Below the pieces are notes generated by a model, which was not told where the DNA came from, made no database searches, and worked only from the letters and a program-made list of their open reading frames with translations. 51,797 nucleotides of DNA from Promethearchaeota archaeon (GTDB lineage: Archaea; Asgardarchaeota; Lokiarchaeia; Sigyniarchaeales; SOKP01). The position numbers and the translations under genes are program-made. Each line of letters begins with the position of its first letter. Within the stretch, counting starts at the first letter, position 1. The DNA is taken from contig JABCSY010000017.1 of NCBI GenBank assembly GCA_018238625.1, positions 1 to 51,797 on the forward strand, in the 5' to 3' direction. Below, in pieces: positions 43,535 through 51,797 of the stretch.

Positions 43535-43852
43535 ATGGAAGAAAAAAAAATGATTAAGGTAAAATGTTTTCGATTTGACCCTAAAAAAGATGAGTCTCCT
43601 TATTATGATACTTTTGAAGTTCCTTTAAATGGATTATTAAGCGTTCAAGATTGTTTGCTCTATATAAGGGAGAACTTAGATCCTAGTCTTGCTTTTTTTA
43701 TTAATTGCAGATTAGGATTTTGTAGACGATGTCTTGTTAGAGTGAATGGAAAATCTTGTTTGGCATGTTTAACTGACGTGGAAGATGATTTTACTGTTGA
43801 GCCTCTCCTTAAAGATAAAATAATACGAGATCTTTGGAGTAAAGGGCTTTAA
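43535..43852 (+). CDS. [2Fe-2S] protein, SdhB/FrdB N-terminal domain only
   Basis: RFDP, DPSLAF...CRLGFCRRC...VNG...LAC, VEPL....IRDL; no 4Fe-4S/3Fe-4S domain. Confidence 0.88.
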   Translation: MEEKKMIKVKCFRFDPKKDESPYYDTFEVPLNGLLSVQDCLLYIRENLDPSLAFFINCRLGFCRRCLVRVNGKSCLACLTDVEDDFTVEPLLKDKIIRDLWSKGL

Positions 43853-44280
43853 ATTTCTTTAGGTAAAATGAAAAAATATAACAAAGGCATTAATAGTTCA
43901 TATACTCCATTTCCAAAATTGGTTGTTTCATAACTTACACGGTAAGGACGAGTATTATGTATATTGCGTTCGACTATACCTTTTTTTTCTAATAAACGTA
44001 GACAATCAGTAAGAATTCTTGAATTAATTTTTGGAATAGATTTTTTAATCTCGTTAAAATATGGGGTTTCTAAGTGTCTTATTGTATAAATAATATCAAG
44101 TAGCCATTTCTTCCTAAAAAGATTAAACCCTCTTTTTAGTACCTTCCTTTCTACTTGAATTCGTTTAGCGTCGTGAACGTGGTCAATCAAATCTCTCTCT
44201 AAACCTGTTCTCACAGCTTTTTGCATCGCAGGAATCAGAGAAATCATTTCTTTAAAATTTTCAAATTCGTTAAGTGACAT
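43849..44280 (-). CDS. HxlR-family transcriptional regulator
   Basis: KKWLLDII, FNEIKK, INSRILTD.LR.LE..G.V.RNIHNTRPYRVSY; paralogue of 40519..41034. Confidence 0.9.
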   Translation of the reverse strand: MSLNEFENFKEMISLIPAMQKAVRTGLERDLIDHVHDAKRIQVERKVLKRGFNLFRKKWLLDIIYTIRHLETPYFNEIKKSIPKINSRILTDCLRLLEKKGIVERNIHNTRPYRVSYETTNFGNGVYELLMPLLYFFILPKEI

Positions 44281-44308
44281 AAAATCAAATTTTTTTATGG
44301 CTAAAGTA

Positions 44309-44326
44309 AAACAGATGTATCTGTTT
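44309..44326. promoter_or_regulatory. 8-2-8 palindrome upstream of the HxlR gene (candidate operator)
   Basis: AAACAGAT-GT-ATCTGTTT, 29 bp from the start codon at 44280. Confidence 0.4.
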
Positions 44327-44475
44327 AGGAAAGTATTATTTTTAAGATTAAAAAATTATTTTACAAATAATAGATGAAAAAATTTTCACTTAATATAAGA
44401 AAAGTTTCTTTTTGATTTAATAAGAATGTAGAAATCTTATGTAGTGATAGAAATTAGTTATCTAAAAATTGAAAG

Positions 44476-44943
44476 GTGTTTTTTTGTATGAGTGAAGAGG
44501 AAAAAAAGAAATTGGAAGAAAATAAGGCTGTATATAGACGTTTTCTCTATGAACTTTATAACGAAGCTAAATTAGATGTTGCAGACGAGATTATTGACGA
44601 TGATTACGAATATCACGATGTTATCTTTAAAGCTAGTCAATATCATACTAAGGGACCCGCAGGCGTAAAGAGAAGGGTCCAAGGATATAAAATAGGTTTA
44701 CCAGATTTAGTATTTAAAGATGAGTTAATGATAGCTGAAGGCGATTTAGTAGTATGTTATTGGAAAGGAACGGGAACACATACAGGCCCTATGTTTGGCG
44801 TAAAAGGAACGGGAAAAAAAGTAAATTTCAAAGGAGTCGACATTCTTAAAATCGTAAATGGAAAAATAGTCGATGGATGGGATTGTTCTGACTTTTTAAC
44901 AGCATTTCGCCAAGTTGGCGTAATTAAATTGCCATGGGAATAA
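44476..44943 (+). CDS. SnoaL-like ester cyclase (NTF2-like)
   Basis: ENKAVYRRF, PDL.......IAEGDLV, GTHTG..FG...TGK, GKIV..W. Likely ATG at 44488. Confidence 0.9.
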   Translation: MFFCMSEEEKKKLEENKAVYRRFLYELYNEAKLDVADEIIDDDYEYHDVIFKASQYHTKGPAGVKRRVQGYKIGLPDLVFKDELMIAEGDLVVCYWKGTGTHTGPMFGVKGTGKKVNFKGVDILKIVNGKIVDGWDCSDFLTAFRQVGVIKLPWE

Positions 44944-44961
44944 ATTTTTTTATTTTTTTAT

Positions 44962-46689
44962 TTATTTATTTAAATGAATAAAATTAAACCATCTTAGTTC
45001 TTCGACCTCAGAATCATCAAACTGACGATATTTAACTTCATCTCCGAGTGTTTTAGCAAGTTTTCTAGCATCTTTCAAATATTTTGTAAATTCTAAGTCT
45101 CGATCAATAAATTCCTCGTCAAAGCAATCTCTTAATTTTGTTGCAAATACTGATTTAATGTCTGGTTTGTTGTATGAGAGAATATCTTTGAAATTGAGAT
45201 GCGTCCATACTCCTGAATTAATGTTAAAAGAATATTTTGGAAGAAATAGATGGCCATAATCTGCGATAAATTCAATCGCCTGACAGATAAATTTGAACTC
45301 TATTTCGGAAAATAAATAGTGAAAATTAACGCGGCACCACCCTGGTCTAATTCCGAGTTTTCCTTGTTGATTAATTATCCGGAATTTTTGAGATTGTTCT
45401 TCGTCAATGTTGAGCAATAAATGTCCGTAAGGTCCAGCACACATGCAGCCCGCACGACTTTGAATTCCAAACAAATCGTTGAGCAGTTTAGTGATGAATT
45501 TTGGGTGTAAATACTTATCTCCTTGTTTAATCAAAAATGACACAATAGAGATGCGATTTTTGGGGTCGATTGGACCGAGGATTTTGATTTTTGAATGTTT
45601 AGATAATCGCTTCAGAGCTCGGGTTGTATATTCTAATTCTTTGATTTCAATATTATTAATTCCAATAGCATCCTTTAAATCTATAGCTAATGCGGCTTTA
45701 ATAGTTTGCAAGACTCCGGGAGTACCCGATTTTTCTCTAGTTTCAATATTTTTTGAATAATCCACTGTGGTTAAGCTAACAAAATCAACGGTTCCACCTC
45801 CCGCAGAAGTTGGAGAGAGTTCAATATTATATACTCGCTCGTTAAAAACTAAGATTCCTGACGACCCCGGACCTCCCACGAATTTGTGAGGTGATATAAA
45901 AACTGCGTCAAAAAACGTATCAGAATCATTGTTCATATTAATTTTTACATAGGGAGCACTAGCGGCGAAATCAAAACAAACTAAAGCATCGTACTTATGC
46001 ATTATACGAGCAATTTCATAAACGGGCGATTTTAAGCCAGTAACATTCGATGCTGCTGAAAAAGACCCGATTTTTAGTCTGTTTTTATACTTTGCATCTG
46101 AAACTTGACTTTCTAAATCCGATAAGTCAATGTAACCATCGGGAGTAAGTTGAATTGTTACAACTTCCGCAATAGCTTCTCGCCACATTATATCGTTAGA
46201 ATGGTGTTCATAAGGACCAATAAAAACAACGGGTTTCAATCGATCTATTTCTAGTTCAAGTTTCTTTCTCAAGTTTTGATCTATAACGTTTTCCTCAGAC
46301 GATTTGTCCAAAATTGATCGAATAAGATTTCTCGTTGCTGGAGGTAGACGTATACCTATAATTTCATGGAATTTGGATATAGCTCCCGTTGCTCCTGTAC
46401 CCGTGGCTATAATTCTGCAATTTTTCTCTGCATTAAAAGCTTTTTTTATTATAGCTTCCGCTTGGTGTAAGATTTCCGTCATATGACGACCGGTTACATC
46501 GTCTTCTGTATGAGTATTGGCATATTCCCGCTGGATTTTGATTAGAAATTGTTCTATAAATTTAATAGACCTACCAGATGCAGTATAATCCGCATATGTG
46601 AGTAAACGCATTCCATAAGGAGTCCGGAAAATAAAATTCTGTCCTATAATAGCATTTCTTACTTCTTCAAGGGTTAAAAAGGGTTTCAT
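44962..46689 (-). CDS. Class V PLP-dependent enzyme (cysteine desulfurase-like)
   Basis: YADYTASG, YEHHSN, SAASNVTG, DFAA, SPHKF.GGPG, RAGCMCAGPY. Confidence 0.88.
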   Translation of the reverse strand: MKPFLTLEEVRNAIIGQNFIFRTPYGMRLLTYADYTASGRSIKFIEQFLIKIQREYANTHTEDDVTGRHMTEILHQAEAIIKKAFNAEKNCRIIATGTGATGAISKFHEIIGIRLPPATRNLIRSILDKSSEENVIDQNLRKKLELEIDRLKPVVFIGPYEHHSNDIMWREAIAEVVTIQLTPDGYIDLSDLESQVSDAKYKNRLKIGSFSAASNVTGLKSPVYEIARIMHKYDALVCFDFAASAPYVKINMNNDSDTFFDAVFISPHKFVGGPGSSGILVFNERVYNIELSPTSAGGGTVDFVSLTTVDYSKNIETREKSGTPGVLQTIKAALAIDLKDAIGINNIEIKELEYTTRALKRLSKHSKIKILGPIDPKNRISIVSFLIKQGDKYLHPKFITKLLNDLFGIQSRAGCMCAGPYGHLLLNIDEEQSQKFRIINQQGKLGIRPGWCRVNFHYLFSEIEFKFICQAIEFIADYGHLFLPKYSFNINSGVWTHLNFKDILSYNKPDIKSVFATKLRDCFDEEFIDRDLEFTKYLKDARKLAKTLGDEVKYRQFDDSEVEELRWFNFIHLNK

Positions 46690-46811
46690 AATTTCACCTT
46701 TAAATTTAACGAGAAAGTTTGATAATATCCTTAATTTAATTTAACCTAATTAATGATAAAAAAGTTTTTAAATCGGAATTTGTAAATTCCTATTACTAAC
46801 AAAAGTATCAG

Positions 46812-47139
46812 CTAAAGCTTCTGGAGCAACTCCAATTTTTTACCAATTTTGTTAATTGCAAGAAAAACCATTTTCTTTACATTATCATTCTTATCATTTT
46901 TTGCTATTAATAATTCTCTGGGCACACAAAGCAAAAATAGCTTTTTCAGATTTTCTTTGTCCTAATATTGTTGCAGACGAAGTTCGCTCTTTGGGATTAT
47001 TAGATTTTAAAAGAGGTATAAGTTCAATATCTGATTTGCTTATAAAAAGATTATTTTCAACTTCTGTTGTAAATCCTCTTTTTTCTTTTGCTATTTGGTT
47101 TTCATTTTTCATTTGCTTCCACAAGTAAACAAATTTCAA
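46812..47139 (-). pseudogene. HEAT-repeat protein pseudogene (frameshift or internal deletion)
   Basis: LIPLLKS.NPKERTSSATILG..KSEKAI.AL continues in another frame as ELLIAKNDKNDNVKKMVFLAINKI. Confidence 0.6.
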
Positions 47140-47146
47140 TGATCTA

Positions 47147-47776
47147 TTAAAAAAATTTTCTGGATTTACCTTGTAGATTAAAGTCTGCTATTGCACCACT
47201 TCTATTTGTAAATTCCCAATTTCTTCCAAAATCATTGTATTTCCAAGAGTGAGTGTTACAAATCTTAATATCAGAAAACATCATACTAAACAAAGAGTTT
47301 TCTATACGTTGAGGATTCTTTCCGTCCCCTCCTGGTGCCAACGAGAGATTCATTTCTCCAAAGGGCATCTTAATTTTATAAATTTTACCTTCCTGTTCTA
47401 AAGTTATATCGACATATTTAATTCCCAAAACTTTTCTCACTAATAAGCCACTAGGAATATTCTTAACAAAAAAAGGTTCTAAATACTTTCTTTGTTCTTC
47501 AGATGCATCTTTACTGATGTATATTCCTCCTTCGCCACCTTTCGCCATTAAATCGGCAGCCTTTGGGGAATATAAATCAATTACATTAATTACTAATACT
47601 CCCCCGACATCAACATCTTGAAATTTACCTTCAGTAATTTGAAATAATTGAAACGATTTACAAGGAGATTCCATGTTTCTACCGAAATACATCGGACAAT
47701 GTCCTTCCGCGGCACATGCTTCGTACCAAACACCTTTTATATTCCAATTTATCCTTTCTTTAGTTTGTTTAGACGT
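47147..47776 (-). CDS. DUF1326-family protein
   Basis: The frame extends above ATG 47692 through WNIKGVWYEACAAEGHCP (family-like N-terminus) up to ACG 47776, 6 nt after GGTGA. Confidence 0.75.
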   Translation of the reverse strand, partial: TSKQTKERINWNIKGVWYEACAAEGHCPMYFGRNMESPCKSFQLFQITEGKFQDVDVGGVLVINVIDLYSPKAADLMAKGGEGGIYISKDASEEQRKYLEPFFVKNIPSGLLVRKVLGIKYVDITLEQEGKIYKIKMPFGEMNLSLAPGGDGKNPQRIENSLFSMMFSDIKICNTHSWKYNDFGRNWEFTNRSGAIADFNLQGKSRKFF

Positions 47777-47862
47777 TTAATTTCACCCATTTGTTATCTA
47801 CATTAATTTTAAGATAATTCTATTAATGATTAAATTATAGAATGCTTATAATAAAAATAATT

Positions 47863-49107
47863 TTAATTCTTCTTCTTACTTTCTACTTTCACTTCAACTA
47901 AATTATAGCCCTTAGACCCTAATCCAATATCTTCTGCTGCTTTCAATTGTAATTCCCAGTGTTTAGATTCTTTTCCATTAAGATTTAAGTCCAGTTTATG
48001 TGTTTCCGGGTCAAATCGAGGGACATAAGAAAACCATTCATGTGTGCTATCTTTAGATATGTTTTTAACATCACCTAAAATTGAATGAGGGTTCATCAAA
48101 GAAGAATGAATTAAGTCAATGGCAGCCTGATCTATAGCAACGGGATCCAGTGAGGATAAAACACCAATATCGCTCACAAATGGAATATCGGAACCACCTG
48201 TGCAATCGCATTGCCACGTTACGTCTATAACGTAATTGATATAAAATATCTTATCCTTTCCAAAATAATCAACAACACCCGCAGCGTTATCTACCATCTG
48301 AGTTATAAATTCTTCCCGTGTTGATGCTCCAGTATCTATTACGTTATTTTTACAGACTGATTTGCACATATAACAATATCTACATTTATTCTCGTCGCGC
48401 TTTAATTTACCGTCTTTTCCTTCCGTTAAGGCATTTGTAGGACAAATTTTCAAACAATCTTCGTAATCCGAAATTGGTGCGTCGTAATTAAACTCAAATT
48501 TTTTGCCAACGTGTGCTTGAACTTTACCACCTTTACTTACGCACCCAATTCCTAAATTCTTTATAGCACCACCAAACCCAGCTCCAGCGTGCCCTTTAAA
48601 ATGTGTAGCTAATATCATGTGGTCAAATTCTCTCAATCTGCCCGCAACTAATATTTCTTTAAATTGCTTACCATTAATTCTTTGAATCGCTACATCGGTA
48701 CCAACGCTTCCATCTAACATTAAGATAGGTGCGCCCATAGTTTCTGGAGTGAAGCCATGCATTTTAGCTATTTCTAAATATTCCTTTTCTGTTGCACGCC
48801 CACTGTATTCCGTATGGATTCCTGTAAACGATTCTGGAGCACCCCAACCGCACGATTCTGCTACAGATGGAACTGCTTTTAAACCCTTTACATAATCGCA
48901 TAGAAATCTTAAATAACTAGGTCGTAAATATCTAACGTTCTCTAAAGCTCCGAAGTGTGTTTTTATTACAACTTTATCTCCTTTATTAACTTTGTTCCTA
49001 AAGCCTATTTTATCTAGTGCTAAAGGCCCTTTAACTTTACTTAAGCTTTCCTCATGAGTGTGTGTTCGTGCTGTAAGATAATAGACATCTGATTTCAAAA
49101 ATACCAC
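47863..49107 (-). CDS. DUF362-domain Fe-S protein with inserted ferredoxin domain
   Basis: VIKTHFG, THFKGH..AGFGGAIKNLG.GC, CxxCxxCxxxC, CDC, DIG...S.DPVAIDQA. Confidence 0.9.
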   Translation of the reverse strand: MVFLKSDVYYLTARTHTHEESLSKVKGPLALDKIGFRNKVNKGDKVVIKTHFGALENVRYLRPSYLRFLCDYVKGLKAVPSVAESCGWGAPESFTGIHTEYSGRATEKEYLEIAKMHGFTPETMGAPILMLDGSVGTDVAIQRINGKQFKEILVAGRLREFDHMILATHFKGHAGAGFGGAIKNLGIGCVSKGGKVQAHVGKKFEFNYDAPISDYEDCLKICPTNALTEGKDGKLKRDENKCRYCYMCKSVCKNNVIDTGASTREEFITQMVDNAAGVVDYFGKDKIFYINYVIDVTWQCDCTGGSDIPFVSDIGVLSSLDPVAIDQAAIDLIHSSLMNPHSILGDVKNISKDSTHEWFSYVPRFDPETHKLDLNLNGKESKHWELQLKAAEDIGLGSKGYNLVEVKVESKKKN

Positions 49108-49262
49108 TTTTACAAATATTAGGTTAATAAATAACTAAATTAAAGAATTTTATTAGATTAATACAACATTTAAAATAAATTTGGAGTTTAAGGTTAACAA
49201 TAATTATTTTAACGGTGTTTAATTCTATATTGCAAGAGTAAAAAAAATAGAATGAAAATATT

Positions 49263-49493
49263 ATGGCTCGTTGTCCAGAATGCGCTGGTAACATGAAATA
49301 CAATCCCGACAATCGTCTTATGGTATGTAGTTCATGTGGATTATCATTATCTCGTTACGAATTAGATCAATTTTGGAACAAGATCAGAAATGAACGGGGA
49401 TTAGAAAATGATGACGCACAGAAAGCAAAAAACCGACGCAAGGATTGGTTGGATTGGTACTCAAAGTCAAAGGAAGAAAAGAAAACCCATTAA
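49263..49493 (+). CDS. Small zinc-ribbon protein (TFIIB-ribbon-like)
   Basis: CPECAG ... VCSSCGL followed by a charged helical tail. Confidence 0.7.
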   Translation: MARCPECAGNMKYNPDNRLMVCSSCGLSLSRYELDQFWNKIRNERGLENDDAQKAKNRRKDWLDWYSKSKEEKKTH

Positions 49494-49753
49494 TTAATTG
49501 ATTAATTTAACCCATATCAAAAATCCTTTGAGTAAGTTCAAATTCTCCAAGATTACTATTTCTTATTTAATTATTTCTTAAGTACATTTTTTAGCTCAAA
49601 TAATCGAAAGGATTTATCAAAATTGTCCAACTATTACAAATAAAAAGATTTTTTAGTTATCAATTAAAAATATTAGATATCATACGAGTTTTAGTTGTTT
49701 TAGCTTGGCATGTTACCATAAATTAGGAAATATTGAAATTAAAAAAAGATTTA

Positions 49754-50944
49754 TTATTCAAACTTTCTGTTAAAAATATCTATTAAAAATTCTTCTAATT
49801 TAACTGCTGGAATATCTAGTAAAGTAATTTCAAGATGTCGACCTCTCTCTGCTTCCTCAATTCTTACAGTTTTCGAAGAAATAATTTCTAATTGATTCAG
49901 TTGCCGTATATATTTCCTAAAACTCATTTTTACATGTGGTTCTATTGAATAAGTTTCGCATATTATTTGATATTCTTCGAAAGCATCATCAACTAAAGTA
50001 AATGGTTCCTTATAGTTAATTAGAGATCTAGCTATCCCATATAGCGCCAGAAGTTCTTGATCGTTTAATTGATCAATAATATCTCCTCTAAATGTGGGGT
50101 AAACTTCATTTGAAGCTTCTCTAATAATCTCAGCATTTACGCTAGATAAACTATTTTTATCCGCGTAGAGCCCACTCTTTCTCAAAATCTCAATTCCATG
50201 ACGCATATTCTCGTGATCAGCAACAATTTGACTTGTCATATTCAAAATGTCGTCGCTGATAACATACTCTTTAAACGCCTCCTCGCTTCTATATTCTAAA
50301 ATTTGTTTTGCATCGTCAAACTTGTAGGGTTTAAGAGTAATCTTTTCGTTTAATCGGCTTAAAATCCTTTCTGTCTCAATCCTCATCCAGTCTCTGTTAC
50401 GAGATATTAACAAAATCGAGAGTTTAGCATTTTGATGACCGTATGTTTCGGCAATATCTAAAAAAGCTAAAATTTCGTCGGGTTTTAATAAGTGAATTTC
50501 GTCGATAACTAATAACATATAGCCTTTTTCTCTTATTAATTGCGTTAATATTAATTTGATAGCTTCGTCGTCGCTAAAACCCCGCCCAGATCCGTGAGTG
50601 TATTTAGCCAAAAGTTCTCGTACAATTTTACTTTTTGAGCGAAAATTTATACAATTAAAATATTCAACGAAAATATTAACATCTTTTTCTAAGGCAATAC
50701 TCTTAAAATTTTTACCGAAGTATCTTGCTGTAACAGTTTTTCCAACCCCTCCTTTCCCTAAAATTAAGCAACTGATCGTAGGTTGCTCTTTTTCTTCGAG
50801 AATTCTTCTAAAGTTAAATATTAGGCTTTTGATCGCCTCGTCTCGACAATATAACTTTTCCGGTACATAACTCATATCAAGCGAGCTTGCTTTCTTAAAA
50901 ACTGATTTCGTCATGAATTGTTTTCGAAATTCATCCTCGTCCAT
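49754..50944 (-). CDS. cdc6: Orc1/Cdc6-family AAA+ replication initiator
   Basis: YVPEKL.CR, Walker A GKGGVGKT, Walker B VIDEIH, ILSRL, PY, C-terminal winged helix with RGR. Confidence 0.9.
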   Translation of the reverse strand: MDEDEFRKQFMTKSVFKKASSLDMSYVPEKLYCRDEAIKSLIFNFRRILEEKEQPTISCLILGKGGVGKTVTARYFGKNFKSIALEKDVNIFVEYFNCINFRSKSKIVRELLAKYTHGSGRGFSDDEAIKLILTQLIREKGYMLLVIDEIHLLKPDEILAFLDIAETYGHQNAKLSILLISRNRDWMRIETERILSRLNEKITLKPYKFDDAKQILEYRSEEAFKEYVISDDILNMTSQIVADHENMRHGIEILRKSGLYADKNSLSSVNAEIIREASNEVYPTFRGDIIDQLNDQELLALYGIARSLINYKEPFTLVDDAFEEYQIICETYSIEPHVKMSFRKYIRQLNQLEIISSKTVRIEEAERGRHLEITLLDIPAVKLEEFLIDIFNRKFE

Positions 50945-50958
50945 GATTAACTAACCTT

Positions 50959-51073
50959 GTCTATGATAAACTATTAATAATGTATAAGTAAATATAGAAC
51001 AAATTAAGTTTAAACTTTCTTATACTTTAAAGTTTTTATTAAAAGATTATTAGATAGTCAAGTCTATGATAAA
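50959..51073. repeat. Pair of 12-bp direct repeats GTCTATGATAAA between xerA and cdc6
   Basis: Exact copies at 50959-50970 and 51062-51073. Confidence 0.7.
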
Positions 51074-51100
51074 AAAATATACTTACTAAAGACTTGGCTT

Positions 51101-51796
51101 TTATAGTTCAAAATCGTTATTATTTAATGGATGCATTGTTGAATACGATTGCTTTAATTTAGTAATATCGTTCTTAGCATAGATTCGGGTAGTATTTGGA
51201 GAACTATGGCCTAAAATGTCCTGCAATTCGCTAATATCCATCCCAGAACGCCTAAGATGGGTTGCTCCGGTGTGTCTAAATATGTGAGGCGTTATAATTT
51301 TAGAATCTGGAAATCCACATTTCTCTTTTATCGATTTTATATCAGCCTGAATAACGCGAGGATTTAATTTTTGATTTCTTGTATTAACCATTAAATAATC
51401 TTCAGAACTATAAGATATCCGATTTTTCAAATGTTCTTTAAAAAGCTCTAAAGTCTTTTGATCGACGGGAACAATCCTTTCTTTACTCCCTTTCCCTTTT
51501 AACCTTATATATCCGTTCTTGAAATCGATATCCCTAATTTTAATGTCACACAGTTCGCTTACACGAGCCATAGTAGAATATAACAACCTCACAGTTAAGT
51601 AATATCTTAAGCTCTTTCTTGAATTAAATAGCCTCCGATCGTTCAGCTTGTTAAAAATAACTTCTATGTCAGAAACATCCAGAAATTTAGGGAGACTCTC
51701 TTCTAGTTTGATCTTTGGGGATTTAATTGTTGCCATAGGATTTTTAGTAATAAATTCATTTAAAGTTAAAAACTTAAAAAACGACCTTAACGAAGC
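51101..51796 (-). CDS. xerA: XerA/XerC-like tyrosine recombinase (5' end outside window)
   Basis: RVSEL, KGKGSKER, HIFRH, LGH, TTRIY. The frame stays open to the window edge (ASLRSFFKFL...KNPM). Confidence 0.9.
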   Translation of the reverse strand, partial: ASLRSFFKFLTLNEFITKNPMATIKSPKIKLEESLPKFLDVSDIEVIFNKLNDRRLFNSRKSLRYYLTVRLLYSTMARVSELCDIKIRDIDFKNGYIRLKGKGSKERIVPVDQKTLELFKEHLKNRISYSSEDYLMVNTRNQKLNPRVIQADIKSIKEKCGFPDSKIITPHIFRHTGATHLRRSGMDISELQDILGHSSPNTTRIYAKNDITKLKQSYSTMHPLNNNDFEL

Positions 51797-51797
51797 G

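Noticed and set aside
49494-49753. Canonical oriC/ORB elements or a small gene downstream of cdc6
   Set aside because: No TCCA..GGA or G-string ORB motif was seen, only short stop-ridden frames.
51101-51797. Integrase marking a provirus or integrated element
   Set aside because: The sequence is XerC/D-like with native composition, and no att repeat, tRNA or viral genes are visible. The region beyond the window cannot be judged.

Overview
AT-rich archaeal chromosomal segment (roughly 30% GC by eye). The gene set points to an Asgard archaeon, most likely Lokiarchaeia/Promethearchaeia (inference). Indicators are a Rab-like small GTPase, a single-domain gelsolin, many zinc-ribbon proteins, an HdrA-MvhD fusion, Cdc6/Orc1 and XerA, plus a GGTGA/GTGA ribosome-binding motif. 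About 48 CDSs are present. Housekeeping and metabolic genes include fbaB, purA, abfD, tpl, hypB, tldD/pmbA, pit/DUF47 and pssA. There are two decayed toxin-antitoxin loci, a HEAT-repeat pseudogene and an HxlR-flanked flavoprotein operon of unknown substrate. No rRNA, tRNA, CRISPR array or transposase was recognised. Main candidates for novelty: (1) a tandem pair of Rpn10/TFIIH-p44-like vWA + C4HC3 zinc-finger proteins divergent from a TrmB/coiled-coil protein; (2) a cluster of two scramblase/LURP1-like genes, a PH/GRAM-like gene and a phosphatidylserine synthase beside the gelsolin; (3) a cytoplasmic IFT52-like GIFT-domain protein; (4) an SdhA-family flavoprotein lacking the fumarate-chemistry residues; (5) three genes whose only RBS-positioned start codon is ATA or ACG. 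All family assignments come from motif recognition by eye; no database search was run.
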